IMG/VR virus record: IMGVR_UViG_3300032218_003059
Location: 22,242-86,241 of that record
DNA: 64,000 bases
Direction: 5' to 3' (one strand)
Origin: a virus
Lineage: Duplodnaviria; Caudoviricetes
Positions 30,598 through 39,444 of the stretch are shown here, piece after piece (position 1 is the first letter of the stretch; each line of letters begins with the position of its first letter). A program made the translations under genes and the position numbers. The notes under the pieces were generated by a model, which saw nothing but the letters and a program-made list of their open reading frames with translations, did no database searches and was not told the DNA's origin.

Positions 30598-33500
30598 ATG
30601 GCCAACAATTCAAGCATATACAATGGATCATCCTGGGTTAAATTAAAAGCAATAAAAATTTATAATGGCGGATGGCAGACAGTTAAAAAAGGTTTTATTT
30701 ATACTGGAACAGCATGGGCTAGATTTTGGCCATCAGCTGGACCATATACAACAACATCTCCAAGTATACGAATAGACTCATATACTGGAAAATCTGTTGG
30801 CTCTGTAATTCAAATGGGCCCAAGACTAAGCAGCATAGAAGACAATACTCCGCCACTTACAATTCCAGATGGATTATCTGGTGCTACATATTTGTGGGGG
30901 CAAGATGGTGTTTGGGCAAATAATACTAATGCTGTAATTAATAGATATTTTTATTACAATTCATCAAATGATTTTACTAATGCATCTGCAATAAATGGTG
31001 TAACTGATAAGCTATCAAATACTAGCGGAACAATAGATTCATATGACGCAAAATATTTATGGTATTACGTTACACAAACTACAGATGCAATGGGAGAGGA
31101 CCAAAGCGAGTCATTGTATTTAATTAAACAAAGGCCAGCACCACCAATATCTTTTTTAATAGATACCTCTACAGATCCAACAGTTGGCAAACCAGTAACA
31201 GTTAACTATTCTTTAAACACGGATTGGTATAGAAATGCAAAACTTAGTTTAAGCTATATAGAATGGTTTGCAGAAACTACATTAAATCCAACATACTCAT
31301 CTCCAGCCCAAACAGATTATTTGTCTGCAAATAGCGGTTCAAAAACATTTACTCCAACAGAAGCAGAAAAAGATAAGTATATATTTGCAAGAATAACAAT
31401 AGCAAATTCATACTCAGATTATTATGGAAGTTCTTATGTAAGAACAGCGGAAGACTATAATATTAAAAAGGTTGGCGCAGCGCAGCTCGCACCTAACTCA
31501 GGAACTGTATCAGTATCTCCATCAACTGGAACCGCTGGAACTACAACATATATTCCTATACCAGCAGGATGGAAGGGTCCTCCTGATATATTTACCTACA
31601 CCTATTCATGGAGAATATTAAAGCCAAACTTACAATATCAAGAAGTAGGAACAGGATCGACATTTGCTCCAGCGTTAAACTTCAATACTGCGTATCCAAA
31701 CTTTGAAACTCGCTTATTTTGGACAGTATCAAATGGAATAGCTCCAGATGCAACTGGTAGTACAGGATTTACTGTAAATAATGCATTAATTACAAGAACA
31801 CTTTCGTTTAGCGCTAATGGAGGCACAGGTGCTCCTGCAGCACAAACTGGTACAGACAATGGATCTGGAGCAACCATTACAATAACAAACTCAATTCCAA
31901 CACGAGACGGGTACAGATTTTTATATTGGAATACTTCTCCATCAGACATGGGAGGAACAACATATGCACCTGGAAATAGTATTACTCTTAATACAGATGT
32001 AACTCTTTACGCAATGTGGAGTCTAATTTTAGTTGCTCCATACGGCGGAAGCACATCAGTTGATCCAACTTCTGGAGTATCTGGAACTCTATTTAGAGCA
32101 AGTACAAGCGGCTGGTCTGGCACTCCAAATTCATTTACCTATTCTTTTTCCTGGCAAGGCCTGTCAACATCAAACTACAATTATGTAGAACTAGGAACAG
32201 GATCTACATTTTATTCTTTTGGAATAAATCTAAACACCTACCTTGCATTTAGAGTTGTTGCAACTGCAACAAATGCCGCTGGATCTAGCTCAGCTCCTGC
32301 AGATTTTTCAATAACAATTCCATCATATACTAGAACACTTTCCTTTAGCGCAAACGGTGGAGTAAGCGCACCAGCAGCACAAACTGGCACAGACAATGGA
32401 TCTGGAGCAACCATTACAATTACTACATCCACTCCAACTCGGTCTGGGTACAGATTTTTATATTGGAATACTTCTCCATCAGACATGGGAGGAACAACAT
32501 ATAGTCCTGGAAATAATATTACTATAAGTTCAGATGTGACTCTATATGCAATATGGAGCCTGGTCCTTGTTCCGCCAAGTGGTGGGAGCACATCAGTTTC
32601 TCCAACTTCTGGAACCGTTGGTACAACATATACAGTAAGCACCTCTGGTTGGAGTGGAACGCCAAATTCATTTACTTATGCATATTCCTGGCAAGGTTTA
32701 TCGACTACGGGATACAATTATGTACAACTAGGAACAGGATCTACATTTAATTCTTCTGGAATAAACGTGGCAAACTACCTTGATTTCAGGGTTGTAGCAA
32801 CAATTACAAATGCTGCTGGTTCTGTTCAAGATACAGCATACTTCTCAGTAACAGCTGCTATAAATACAATTGCAACAATTGCTACACAGAATACAATTGC
32901 AACAATTGCTACACAGAATACAATTGCAACTCAGAATACAATTGCTACACAGAATACAATTGCAACTCAAAATACAATTGCTACACAGAATACAATTGCT
33001 ACACAGAATACAATTGCTACAATTGCTACACAGAATACAATTGCTACAATTGCTACACAGAACACAATTGCTACAATTGCTACACAGAACACAATTGCTA
33101 CAATTGCTACAATTGCTACACAGAATACAATTGCAACTCAAAATACAATTGCTACACAGAATACAATTGCTACAATTGCTACACAGAATACAATTGCTAC
33201 AATTGCAACTCAGAATACAATTGCTACAGGTGGAGGAGGTTGCTTTGTTTACGGCACTGAAATTCAAATGGCAGACGGAAGCTGGAAGAATATGGAAGAC
33301 CTATATATTGGAGATCAAGTTATGGGTATAGATATTCCTACAGTCCCTTATGAGGATAGTATGGGATTTGACTATATTCCAACATGGACATCTACAGATG
33401 TTTCTGGTACAATAAAATCTGTAGCTACTGTTATAAATGTAGATAACAGATCATTTGATAGCTATTATTTAATTAATAATCAAGTAAAGGTTACATATGA

Positions 33501-33729
33501 GCATAACGTATTGGTTCAACAAGATGGAATATGGAAATTTATCATGGTTGAAGATATTAATGTTGGAGACAATATAATGAACGAAAACCTTGAAATAGTT
33601 CCAGTTTTATCAAAAGAATTAATAAATGAAACAGTAAATACTACATCAATAAATATTGACGATATTGATGTTTATACCGTAAGGGGCATGGTTGCCCACA
33701 ATATAACAAGTAAGGCGGGGGCCAATTGA
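30598..33729 (+). CDS. Putative receptor-binding/fibre protein with duplicated Ig-like/InlB-B-type repeats, a TIA/TQN repeat and a C-terminal Hint domain
   Basis: N-terminal IYNGSSWVK..GFIYTGTAW adaptor; LSFSANGG..GYRFLYWNT..TLYAMW repeats; CFVYGT..TYEH..VAHN. Confidence 0.75.
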   Translation: MANNSSIYNGSSWVKLKAIKIYNGGWQTVKKGFIYTGTAWARFWPSAGPYTTTSPSIRIDSYTGKSVGSVIQMGPRLSSIEDNTPPLTIPDGLSGATYLWGQDGVWANNTNAVINRYFYYNSSNDFTNASAINGVTDKLSNTSGTIDSYDAKYLWYYVTQTTDAMGEDQSESLYLIKQRPAPPISFLIDTSTDPTVGKPVTVNYSLNTDWYRNAKLSLSYIEWFAETTLNPTYSSPAQTDYLSANSGSKTFTPTEAEKDKYIFARITIANSYSDYYGSSYVRTAEDYNIKKVGAAQLAPNSGTVSVSPSTGTAGTTTYIPIPAGWKGPPDIFTYTYSWRILKPNLQYQEVGTGSTFAPALNFNTAYPNFETRLFWTVSNGIAPDATGSTGFTVNNALITRTLSFSANGGTGAPAAQTGTDNGSGATITITNSIPTRDGYRFLYWNTSPSDMGGTTYAPGNSITLNTDVTLYAMWSLILVAPYGGSTSVDPTSGVSGTLFRASTSGWSGTPNSFTYSFSWQGLSTSNYNYVELGTGSTFYSFGINLNTYLAFRVVATATNAAGSSSAPADFSITIPSYTRTLSFSANGGVSAPAAQTGTDNGSGATITITTSTPTRSGYRFLYWNTSPSDMGGTTYSPGNNITISSDVTLYAIWSLVLVPPSGGSTSVSPTSGTVGTTYTVSTSGWSGTPNSFTYAYSWQGLSTTGYNYVQLGTGSTFNSSGINVANYLDFRVVATITNAAGSVQDTAYFSVTAAINTIATIATQNTIATIATQNTIATQNTIATQNTIATQNTIATQNTIATQNTIATIATQNTIATIATQNTIATIATQNTIATIATIATQNTIATQNTIATQNTIATIATQNTIATIATQNTIATGGGGCFVYGTEIQMADGSWKNMEDLYIGDQVMGIDIPTVPYEDSMGFDYIPTWTSTDVSGTIKSVATVINVDNRSFDSYYLINNQVKVTYEHNVLVQQDGIWKFIMVEDINVGDNIMNENLEIVPVLSKELINETVNTTSINIDDIDVYTVRGMVAHNITSKAGAN
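31792..32860 (+). repeat. Tandem duplication of a ~537-bp (179-aa) module
   Basis: Copies start at 31792 and 32329 and share an identical stretch of about 57 nt (gggtacagat...aacatat). Confidence 0.9.
32866..33228 (+). repeat. Two-unit 9-bp tandem repeat encoding 40 Thr-x-x triplets (25 TIA, 15 TQN)
   Basis: Units ACAATTGCW and ACWCARAAY read directly from the sequence. Confidence 0.97.
33241..33702 (+). other. Hint (intein-like/BIL) domain
   Basis: Block A CFVYGTEIQMADG, block B TYEH, terminal HN followed by Ile. Confidence 0.85.
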
Positions 33730-34325
33730 ATTCGCCCAGTAATATGATAAAACAAGTACTTAGCGATAAATTAGTAATATATCAAAATGCTATACCAAAC
33801 CCAAAAGAACTTATAAAAGAGTTTGAAAACACTTTAACAGAATTTAATCAGTCATGGAAAAAATCAGTTATAAATGATTTTGAGTATAATAGCGATCTAA
33901 GATCGTGCACAATATTCTCACTTTTTGTTAATGACTCTGATGATGCAGAATGGGCTAAAGCAAAAGTAAGCTTAAATCAAAAAATTAATAAATTTGTTTC
34001 CGAAGCATTTTTAGACTATTGCAAAACTTATGAGTACAAGGTAAAAAATAAAGAGCCTTGGGAAATATGTAGATATGAAGAAACTCAAAAACTAGTTTGG
34101 CATACAGACGATGGGCCAACACACCCATGCGATGTATCTTTTGTAATTTATTTTAATGATGATTACGAGGGCGGAGAAATTCAATTTAAAGAGCATTTAG
34201 ATGGTTATCCTTATAAGCCACCAGCTGGCAGCATAATAATATTTCCATCAAAATCAACACACATTCATAGGGTGATACCAATTACAAAAGGAATAAAGTA
34301 TGCTGCAATTAGCTTCGCCAAATAA
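33726..34325 (+). CDS. 2OG-Fe(II) oxygenase, P4H-like
   Basis: HTD...YFNDDYEGGEI...HRV...GIKY. Confidence 0.88.
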   Translation: MNSPSNMIKQVLSDKLVIYQNAIPNPKELIKEFENTLTEFNQSWKKSVINDFEYNSDLRSCTIFSLFVNDSDDAEWAKAKVSLNQKINKFVSEAFLDYCKTYEYKVKNKEPWEICRYEETQKLVWHTDDGPTHPCDVSFVIYFNDDYEGGEIQFKEHLDGYPYKPPAGSIIIFPSKSTHIHRVIPITKGIKYAAISFAK

Positions 34326-34902
34326 AATATACGAAGGAATTTTGGTTTACAATAATTCTAACGGAGCTGATATTCTTTTACAAAGCATTGAAGATCTTTT
34401 AACAAACTCTACTGATGCAAGATGGAGTCCTTCTAGAATTATAAAGTCTAAAGAAGAAGGTTATGTCGTAGATAAATCTATAAGAGATAATTTATATTTT
34501 TGGCTAAACTACAGTTTAGATTATGAAAAAGAAACAAAGTCAAAAATGATGAAGATTAGCTCTATGATAGACACTGCAATTATTCCATCATTAAATGACT
34601 ATCAAAATAAATACAGTGTTCAAATTAAAACCAGAGATCCATATGAGCTTTTAAAGTACTATGAAAACAATCATCTATCCTCTCATACAGATGATGGCGG
34701 AGCCAACCACTCTAGAGTATCTTTGTTATTTTATATAAACGATGATTACGAGGGCGGAGACATAGTGTTTGATTATTTAAATATATCATATTCTCCTAAT
34801 ATAGGAGACATAATAATATTCCCTTCTTCGTACATATATAGACATCACGTAAATAAGGTTACGAAAGGTATCCGTTACTGCATTGCGGATTTTATGGCAT
34901 AA
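34300..34902 (+). CDS. 2OG-Fe(II) oxygenase, P4H-like
   Basis: HTD...YINDDYEGG...HHV...GIRY. Confidence 0.88.
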   Translation: MLQLASPNKIYEGILVYNNSNGADILLQSIEDLLTNSTDARWSPSRIIKSKEEGYVVDKSIRDNLYFWLNYSLDYEKETKSKMMKISSMIDTAIIPSLNDYQNKYSVQIKTRDPYELLKYYENNHLSSHTDDGGANHSRVSLLFYINDDYEGGDIVFDYLNISYSPNIGDIIIFPSSYIYRHHVNKVTKGIRYCIADFMA

Positions 34903-35441
34903 TGAAAAGTAGAAAGATTTTCCCAGGCGTATTTGCCTATTCTGATTTTTTTGATGATCCTATGGAAATTTTTAGCAATGTGGAAGACATGGGTGGGTGG
35001 CACCCAGCAGAAGCTGGTGCATATGGCGAAGGCCCTTCTATAGTCGAGGAGAGAAGACGTGGGCTAATGTATAATCTACAAAGAGATCCCAATGTAAAAA
35101 AAATAACTGCAATGTCATTAGAGGCAATTAAACATTATAAATCTTTTTATGGATTAAATTTAAAAAATCTAGAGGGCTGGTGCCTACTAAAGTATAGAGA
35201 AGGTGATTTTTTTTCTGCACATACAGATGACTCTCACGACTTCCCTAGACAAATATCTATGGTTTACTACGCAAATGATGACTACGAAGGAGGTGAACTA
35301 GAGTTTATATTTTTTAATAATTTAAAGATTAAGCCAAACGCTGGCGAGCTAGTTATATTTCCATCTAACTACTTATTTGTTCATAAGGTAAATCCAATAA
35401 CCAAGGGTGAAAAATATGCTGCAACATCGTTTGCCTATTGA
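34902..35441 (+). CDS. 2OG-Fe(II) oxygenase, P4H-like
   Basis: HTD...YANDDYEGGEL...HKV...GEKY. Confidence 0.88.
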   Translation: MKSRKIFPGVFAYSDFFDDPMEIFSNVEDMGGWHPAEAGAYGEGPSIVEERRRGLMYNLQRDPNVKKITAMSLEAIKHYKSFYGLNLKNLEGWCLLKYREGDFFSAHTDDSHDFPRQISMVYYANDDYEGGELEFIFFNNLKIKPNAGELVIFPSNYLFVHKVNPITKGEKYAATSFAY

Positions 35442-36399
35442 TAAAAAAATATTTATCTCAATACCTTCATATGAAGATGAGCTATTGTTAGAAACAATTA
35501 ATGACGCATTATTAAAGGCAAAGAATGCTTCAAGGCTTACATTTGGCGTTGCCCTGCAATATAAAAAAATTGATAAACCAGACCTATCTTTTTTAGGAAA
35601 TCAATTAAAATTAATAGAATATGATGTTGACAGCAGGCCAGGGATAATCGAGATAAGAAAAAATATAGCGGATTTAATTGAAGACGAGGAGTACTTTCTT
35701 GGCATAGATGCTCACACCCTTTTTGCCCAAAACTGGGATCAACAATATATAGATGATCACCAGATGCTAATTGAAAAAAATGGTAATAGTAAAGTTTGCA
35801 TTGCATCTAGAATTAATGGATCTGAGTCTGATTTTAAAAAAGATTTATATTCAGAATATTTAGATACTAGATGGATTTTAGATATAAACAAAAATAACGT
35901 ATATGAAACTTGGTGGGACTGGCCAGTAGATGTCAAAAATAGGCTTTATGATACTCCAGAGTATGTAAAAAGATACTTTGTTTCTGCAAACAACTGGTTT
36001 ACAACTTCAGAGTTTTTTATAAACAACCTGTTTTGGTGTTTCAATAAAACGGTATATGAAGAACCACAGATATCCCTATCATTATTTTTAAATAACTACG
36101 ATGTATACCTGCCAACAAGCAAGGTGCTTGTCATAGCTAATCCAAAATCACAGACAACAAATAGGGAAAATAAAATTCATTGGCAAAACCCTAGTCATAA
36201 AAATTGGAATCACGACAGCATAGAGGTAGTCAGAGAAGTATTTAAGTTATTCTATACTGGCAAAAGCAATATATTTAGTCTGAATAGGCCAGATGATATA
36301 TATAAATGGTGGAATGCAATCGGCTTATACGAAAAAGCCAAAGAGGTATCCGATAGGCTTAAAACTCTGCATTTAGATAGGACATACTACTTAGACTAG
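35407..36399 (+). CDS. GT60/Gnt1-like (GlcNAc family) glycosyltransferase
   Basis: IFISIPSYED N-terminus and YFLGIDAHTLFAQNWD (DxH metal motif) resemble Skp1-hydroxyproline GlcNAc transferase. Confidence 0.75.
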   Translation: MKNMLQHRLPIDKKIFISIPSYEDELLLETINDALLKAKNASRLTFGVALQYKKIDKPDLSFLGNQLKLIEYDVDSRPGIIEIRKNIADLIEDEEYFLGIDAHTLFAQNWDQQYIDDHQMLIEKNGNSKVCIASRINGSESDFKKDLYSEYLDTRWILDINKNNVYETWWDWPVDVKNRLYDTPEYVKRYFVSANNWFTTSEFFINNLFWCFNKTVYEEPQISLSLFLNNYDVYLPTSKVLVIANPKSQTTNRENKIHWQNPSHKNWNHDSIEVVREVFKLFYTGKSNIFSLNRPDDIYKWWNAIGLYEKAKEVSDRLKTLHLDRTYYLD

Positions 36400-36459
36400 A
36401 TTTGAGGTATTTTAATCAAATGCTGATTATGGTATAATATAAAAGGAGGAAATACAATA

Positions 36460-36669
36460 ATGCTAACAAATGAAGAAAAGATGAATATGATAGACCAGCA
36501 TAAGAAGAACATTGAGTTCGCCCTGTATGGTCTTAAGTTAGACCTGCTAGAAATAAAGGCTACTACTCCAACAGATGCTGAAGCAATTAATTCAGTGCAA
36601 TCTAGAATTGATATGCTAGATGCAAAGACTGCAGCTCTAACCGAAGAAGCAGCAACCCTAACAGAATAG
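36460..36669 (+). CDS. Small coiled-coil hypothetical protein
   Basis: AGGAGG RBS; TGGTATAAT at 36430-36438. Confidence 0.7.
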   Translation: MLTNEEKMNMIDQHKKNIEFALYGLKLDLLEIKATTPTDAEAINSVQSRIDMLDAKTAALTEEAATLTE

Positions 36670-36676
36670 AGTTAAA

Positions 36677-36856
36677 ATGGATAAAGCAGAACTAGTAGTT
36701 GCTGCTCTACAACAAAGAATTGGCGAGCTCGTAACAAACTACGAGACGCAAATTGCTATGCTTCGTGCAGAGATCACGATATTAGTCGAAGAAAGGCAAA
36801 GCAAAGATGAAGCTATTCAAGCATACTCCGAGCACCTTGATAACATTACCAACTAA
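36677..36856 (+). CDS. Small coiled-coil hypothetical protein (59 aa, not in the ORF track)
   Basis: Manual translation MDKAELVVAALQQRIGELVTNYETQIAMLRAEI... Confidence 0.7.
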   Translation: MDKAELVVAALQQRIGELVTNYETQIAMLRAEITILVEERQSKDEAIQAYSEHLDNITN

Positions 36857-37202
36857 TTTCCCATCAGGAATTGCTGTTAAAACAGATAAGGCAGTATATT
36901 GGATTAAAGATGGTAAGCGATTTAAGCTTATTTCAGATAGGGCTGCAAAATCCTGGGCATTCACAACCGTAAACGCAACTGAAGCATCTATGCCAAACAC
37001 TAAAGTTGCTGGCAGCCTTGGATTTAGAGACGGTACATTGATAAAGAACATAGCAGATGGTAAAATGTATTTGATATCTCAAAATAAAAAAAGGCATATT
37101 GTCAGCCCAGACGTATTTGATAAGTTTGGTTTAGATAGAAGCAAAATGATAGAGGTAAGTGCAGCAGAAATTGCAGCACATGAACTAGGAGAAGATTTAT
37201 AA
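36807..37202 (+). CDS. Conserved hypothetical protein with two internal repeats
   Basis: VYWIKDGKRFKLIS / MYLISQNKKRHIVS repeat. Confidence 0.65.
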   Translation: MKLFKHTPSTLITLPTNFPSGIAVKTDKAVYWIKDGKRFKLISDRAAKSWAFTTVNATEASMPNTKVAGSLGFRDGTLIKNIADGKMYLISQNKKRHIVSPDVFDKFGLDRSKMIEVSAAEIAAHELGEDL

Positions 37203-37630
37203 TGGCAGACTTTACACCAGTAGTATTTAATGATGGGCAGCCATTAGATTTAGATCAGCTTAGAAAAATGGCAACAAACCTTCAGGCAATGTATACTCAA
37301 ATAAACAATGTCTATGCAGCATTAACAAATGGTCAAAGTGGCAACACTGCAACTCTTCCAATAGTAGATGCAAACTACGTAACATTTTCAGATGGATTAA
37401 AAAAAGGAACAAACGGTCCCAAAAGCTTTGCTTTTTCTGTTAAATTCCCAGGCAACAATCCATATGTAATTGCCACGATCTCAACTAATCTAGGATCAAC
37501 TTTGGCCTCAGCATACGTAACAACAGATGCAAATAATAAATATAATGTGTATATTAACTCAAGCGCAGTAGTAACATCTCCAGTAACAGTAAACTGGATG
37601 GCGTTTGCTCCAAAAATTATTACTGTATAG
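37202..37630 (+). CDS. Hypothetical virion protein with gp53/H-lectin-like C-terminus
   Basis: FNDGQPLDLDQL..; FAFSVKFP..PYVIAT..VNWMAF. Confidence 0.45.
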   Translation: MADFTPVVFNDGQPLDLDQLRKMATNLQAMYTQINNVYAALTNGQSGNTATLPIVDANYVTFSDGLKKGTNGPKSFAFSVKFPGNNPYVIATISTNLGSTLASAYVTTDANNKYNVYINSSAVVTSPVTVNWMAFAPKIITV

Positions 37631-37658
37631 TTGACAACATAAATCAATATGTTACAAT
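37631..37658 (+). promoter_or_regulatory. Near-consensus sigma70/SigA promoter at the structural/replication module boundary
   Basis: TTGACA-N16-TACAAT with TG extension. Confidence 0.6.
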
Positions 37659-37672
37659 TATATTGTAACCAC

Positions 37673-37697
37673 AAAGTCACGTACCCGTGACTTTTTT
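37673..37697 (+). terminator. Rho-independent terminator-like hairpin
   Basis: AAAGTCACG-TACC-CGTGACTTT plus T run. Confidence 0.75.
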
Positions 37698-37714
37698 CGT
37701 ATTAAGGTATATTA

Positions 37715-38515
37715 ATGAGTAACGATTTAAAGTGGATGCTTTCATCCGACCAGCAGTTTCCGTATCAAGATGATAAGATGATTGCTTTGTGGTTTAAGGT
37801 AATGAAATGGTTTAAGCCAGATGTAGTTGATTATCTTGGAGATACCGACGATCAAGCTTGCTATAGCAAGTATACGGAGGGAAGATCAGCAGAATTTTTA
37901 AATTACCACAAGACAGAAAGTGGAGACTTAATTGTTCCAATGATGCGACATGAAGCAAAGGGCGCCAGAGATTTTTATGCCAAGACAAGAGAGATGCTCC
38001 CAGACGCACAATTGTTTTCAGCTTTAGGTAATCATGACATAAGAGTATTTAATTATGTTGATGCAAAACTTCCAGACTATATTAGCGAAGTAACCCCAGA
38101 ATCTTTATGGAGTTTAGATTCATTAGGCTATGAATATATTTATTATGATAGTTTGCCAAAGCGTCGTTTTGGCGATGTGCATGTTCATCATGGAATATCA
38201 ATTGCCGCAACTGGCTCTGTAAGAAAAGATATGGAAGACCTACAGGTTTCTTTGATTAGAGGTCACTCACACAGAATTGCTTCGCACATGGTAACATATG
38301 AACTTAGAAATAATGGCGAAGGAGAAACCCTTCGTGGATATGAAATTGGTCACATGTGTGATGAAAAGGGGCCAGGGATGAAGTATAGCCAACACCACGA
38401 TTGGCAAAAAGGATTTGCTGTTGCACATATTGTAAATGACTATCCTCACATTCAAATGATTCACGTTTCCCCAGAGTACTCTTGCGTGGTAGACGGAAAG
38501 GTATTTACCTTATAA
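37715..38515 (+). CDS. Calcineurin-like metallophosphoesterase
   Basis: SDQQ, GDTDD, GNHD, HHG, GHSHR motifs. Confidence 0.85.
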   Translation: MSNDLKWMLSSDQQFPYQDDKMIALWFKVMKWFKPDVVDYLGDTDDQACYSKYTEGRSAEFLNYHKTESGDLIVPMMRHEAKGARDFYAKTREMLPDAQLFSALGNHDIRVFNYVDAKLPDYISEVTPESLWSLDSLGYEYIYYDSLPKRRFGDVHVHHGISIAATGSVRKDMEDLQVSLIRGHSHRIASHMVTYELRNNGEGETLRGYEIGHMCDEKGPGMKYSQHHDWQKGFAVAHIVNDYPHIQMIHVSPEYSCVVDGKVFTL

Positions 38516-38700
38516 TGACTTGTACTAAATGTAATGGTAGAGTTTTTATAGATAGAGTATTCTCTCAAAAACTTCACATGGAATTGTTTTGCGTTATGTG
38601 CGGAAGACGATGGATGATTAATAAAGAAACGAATAGGTTGGCTAAATGGCTAGAATTAAAAGAAATGCAGCACGAAAAAAGTTTCTTTATTTCTTCTTAA
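38515..38700 (+). CDS. Zinc-ribbon protein
   Basis: CTKC...CVMC; ATG at 38515 preferred to the ORF-track start at 38482. Confidence 0.7.
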   Translation: MTCTKCNGRVFIDRVFSQKLHMELFCVMCGRRWMINKETNRLAKWLELKEMQHEKSFFISS

Positions 38701-39128
38701 ACAAGAAGCTACATAAGGTTCTTAGATCATCTCACGCAAAAGATGAGCTTGTTGCATGGTGCTATTCTGATAAAAAAAGAGTTTTATATTCTTATTCTCA
38801 AGTTAATAAGTATATGGAAAATGCATACTCAATGGTTCAAGTTGGCAAAATATTAAATAGGCACAAAATAACTATAGAGGATTACATACTTGACGGCAAA
38901 ATAAAAGAGCCAGAAAGGTTGTATCCAATTGGTAATCCTTCTAGCAAGTGGTCTAAGTATATGTTTAGCGAATCTGATATATATGACCTTCATGAATTTA
39001 TATTAGATTCAGGATACTCTATTGCCACGCCATCAAAAGCTGAATTAGTTGCTATTCTCAAAACCAACTTAATATTGTATACTAAGACAGAAGACGGCAA
39101 GTTTGTTCCAGTATGGAAGGCTGAATAA
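38646..39128 (+). CDS. Putative HTH (MerR-like) DNA-binding protein
   Basis: YSMVQVGKILNRHKITIEDYI. Confidence 0.6.
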   Translation: MARIKRNAARKKFLYFFLNKKLHKVLRSSHAKDELVAWCYSDKKRVLYSYSQVNKYMENAYSMVQVGKILNRHKITIEDYILDGKIKEPERLYPIGNPSSKWSKYMFSESDIYDLHEFILDSGYSIATPSKAELVAILKTNLILYTKTEDGKFVPVWKAE

Positions 39129-39241
39129 TGGAAAAAGGCAAAGTTGTTGTATGTGATATTTGCAAGAAGCAGATTGAGGTTCGTTGGGGGTACTTTGCCA
39201 ACGAGACATTAACTAGACATAAGAAGGCGGAACATAAATGA
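39128..39241 (+). CDS. 37-aa C2H2-like zinc finger protein (not in the ORF track)
   Basis: MEKGKVVVCDICKKQIEVRWGYFANETLTRHKKAEHK; overlaps both neighbours' stop/start codons. Confidence 0.65.
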   Translation: MEKGKVVVCDICKKQIEVRWGYFANETLTRHKKAEHK

Positions 39242-39444
39242 CAGGCACTAGAGTCAACGTAGATCTTTCATTTACTAGAAATCTTGGTAATTATGAAAGT
39301 ATTAAAATTAATATTGGAGTTCAGGACGATGTTCGACCAGGAGAAAATGTTGACTCCGCCACAGAGAGAGTCTATGCTTTTGTAGAGGGCAAGCTTATTG
39401 CAAAAACACGTGAGGTAGAAGAAGAGCTAAAGCGTGGCAAGTGA
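39238..39444 (+). CDS. Conserved hypothetical protein
   Basis: TRNLGNYESIKINIG motif; coupled to neighbours. Confidence 0.7.
   Translation: MTGTRVNVDLSFTRNLGNYESIKINIGVQDDVRPGENVDSATERVYAFVEGKLIAKTREVEEELKRGK

Noticed and set aside
32845-33331. Cys-rich reverse ORF (CSNCIL repeats, 32845..33267) and Leu/Gln-rich alternative-frame ORF (32870..33331)
   Set aside because: Shadows of the stop-free 9-bp repeat; no RBS; they overlap the real gene that is in frame with the Hint domain
33241-33702. Classical splicing intein or mobile homing intein
   Set aside because: No +1 Cys/Ser/Thr, no endonuclease domain, only an 8-residue C-flank
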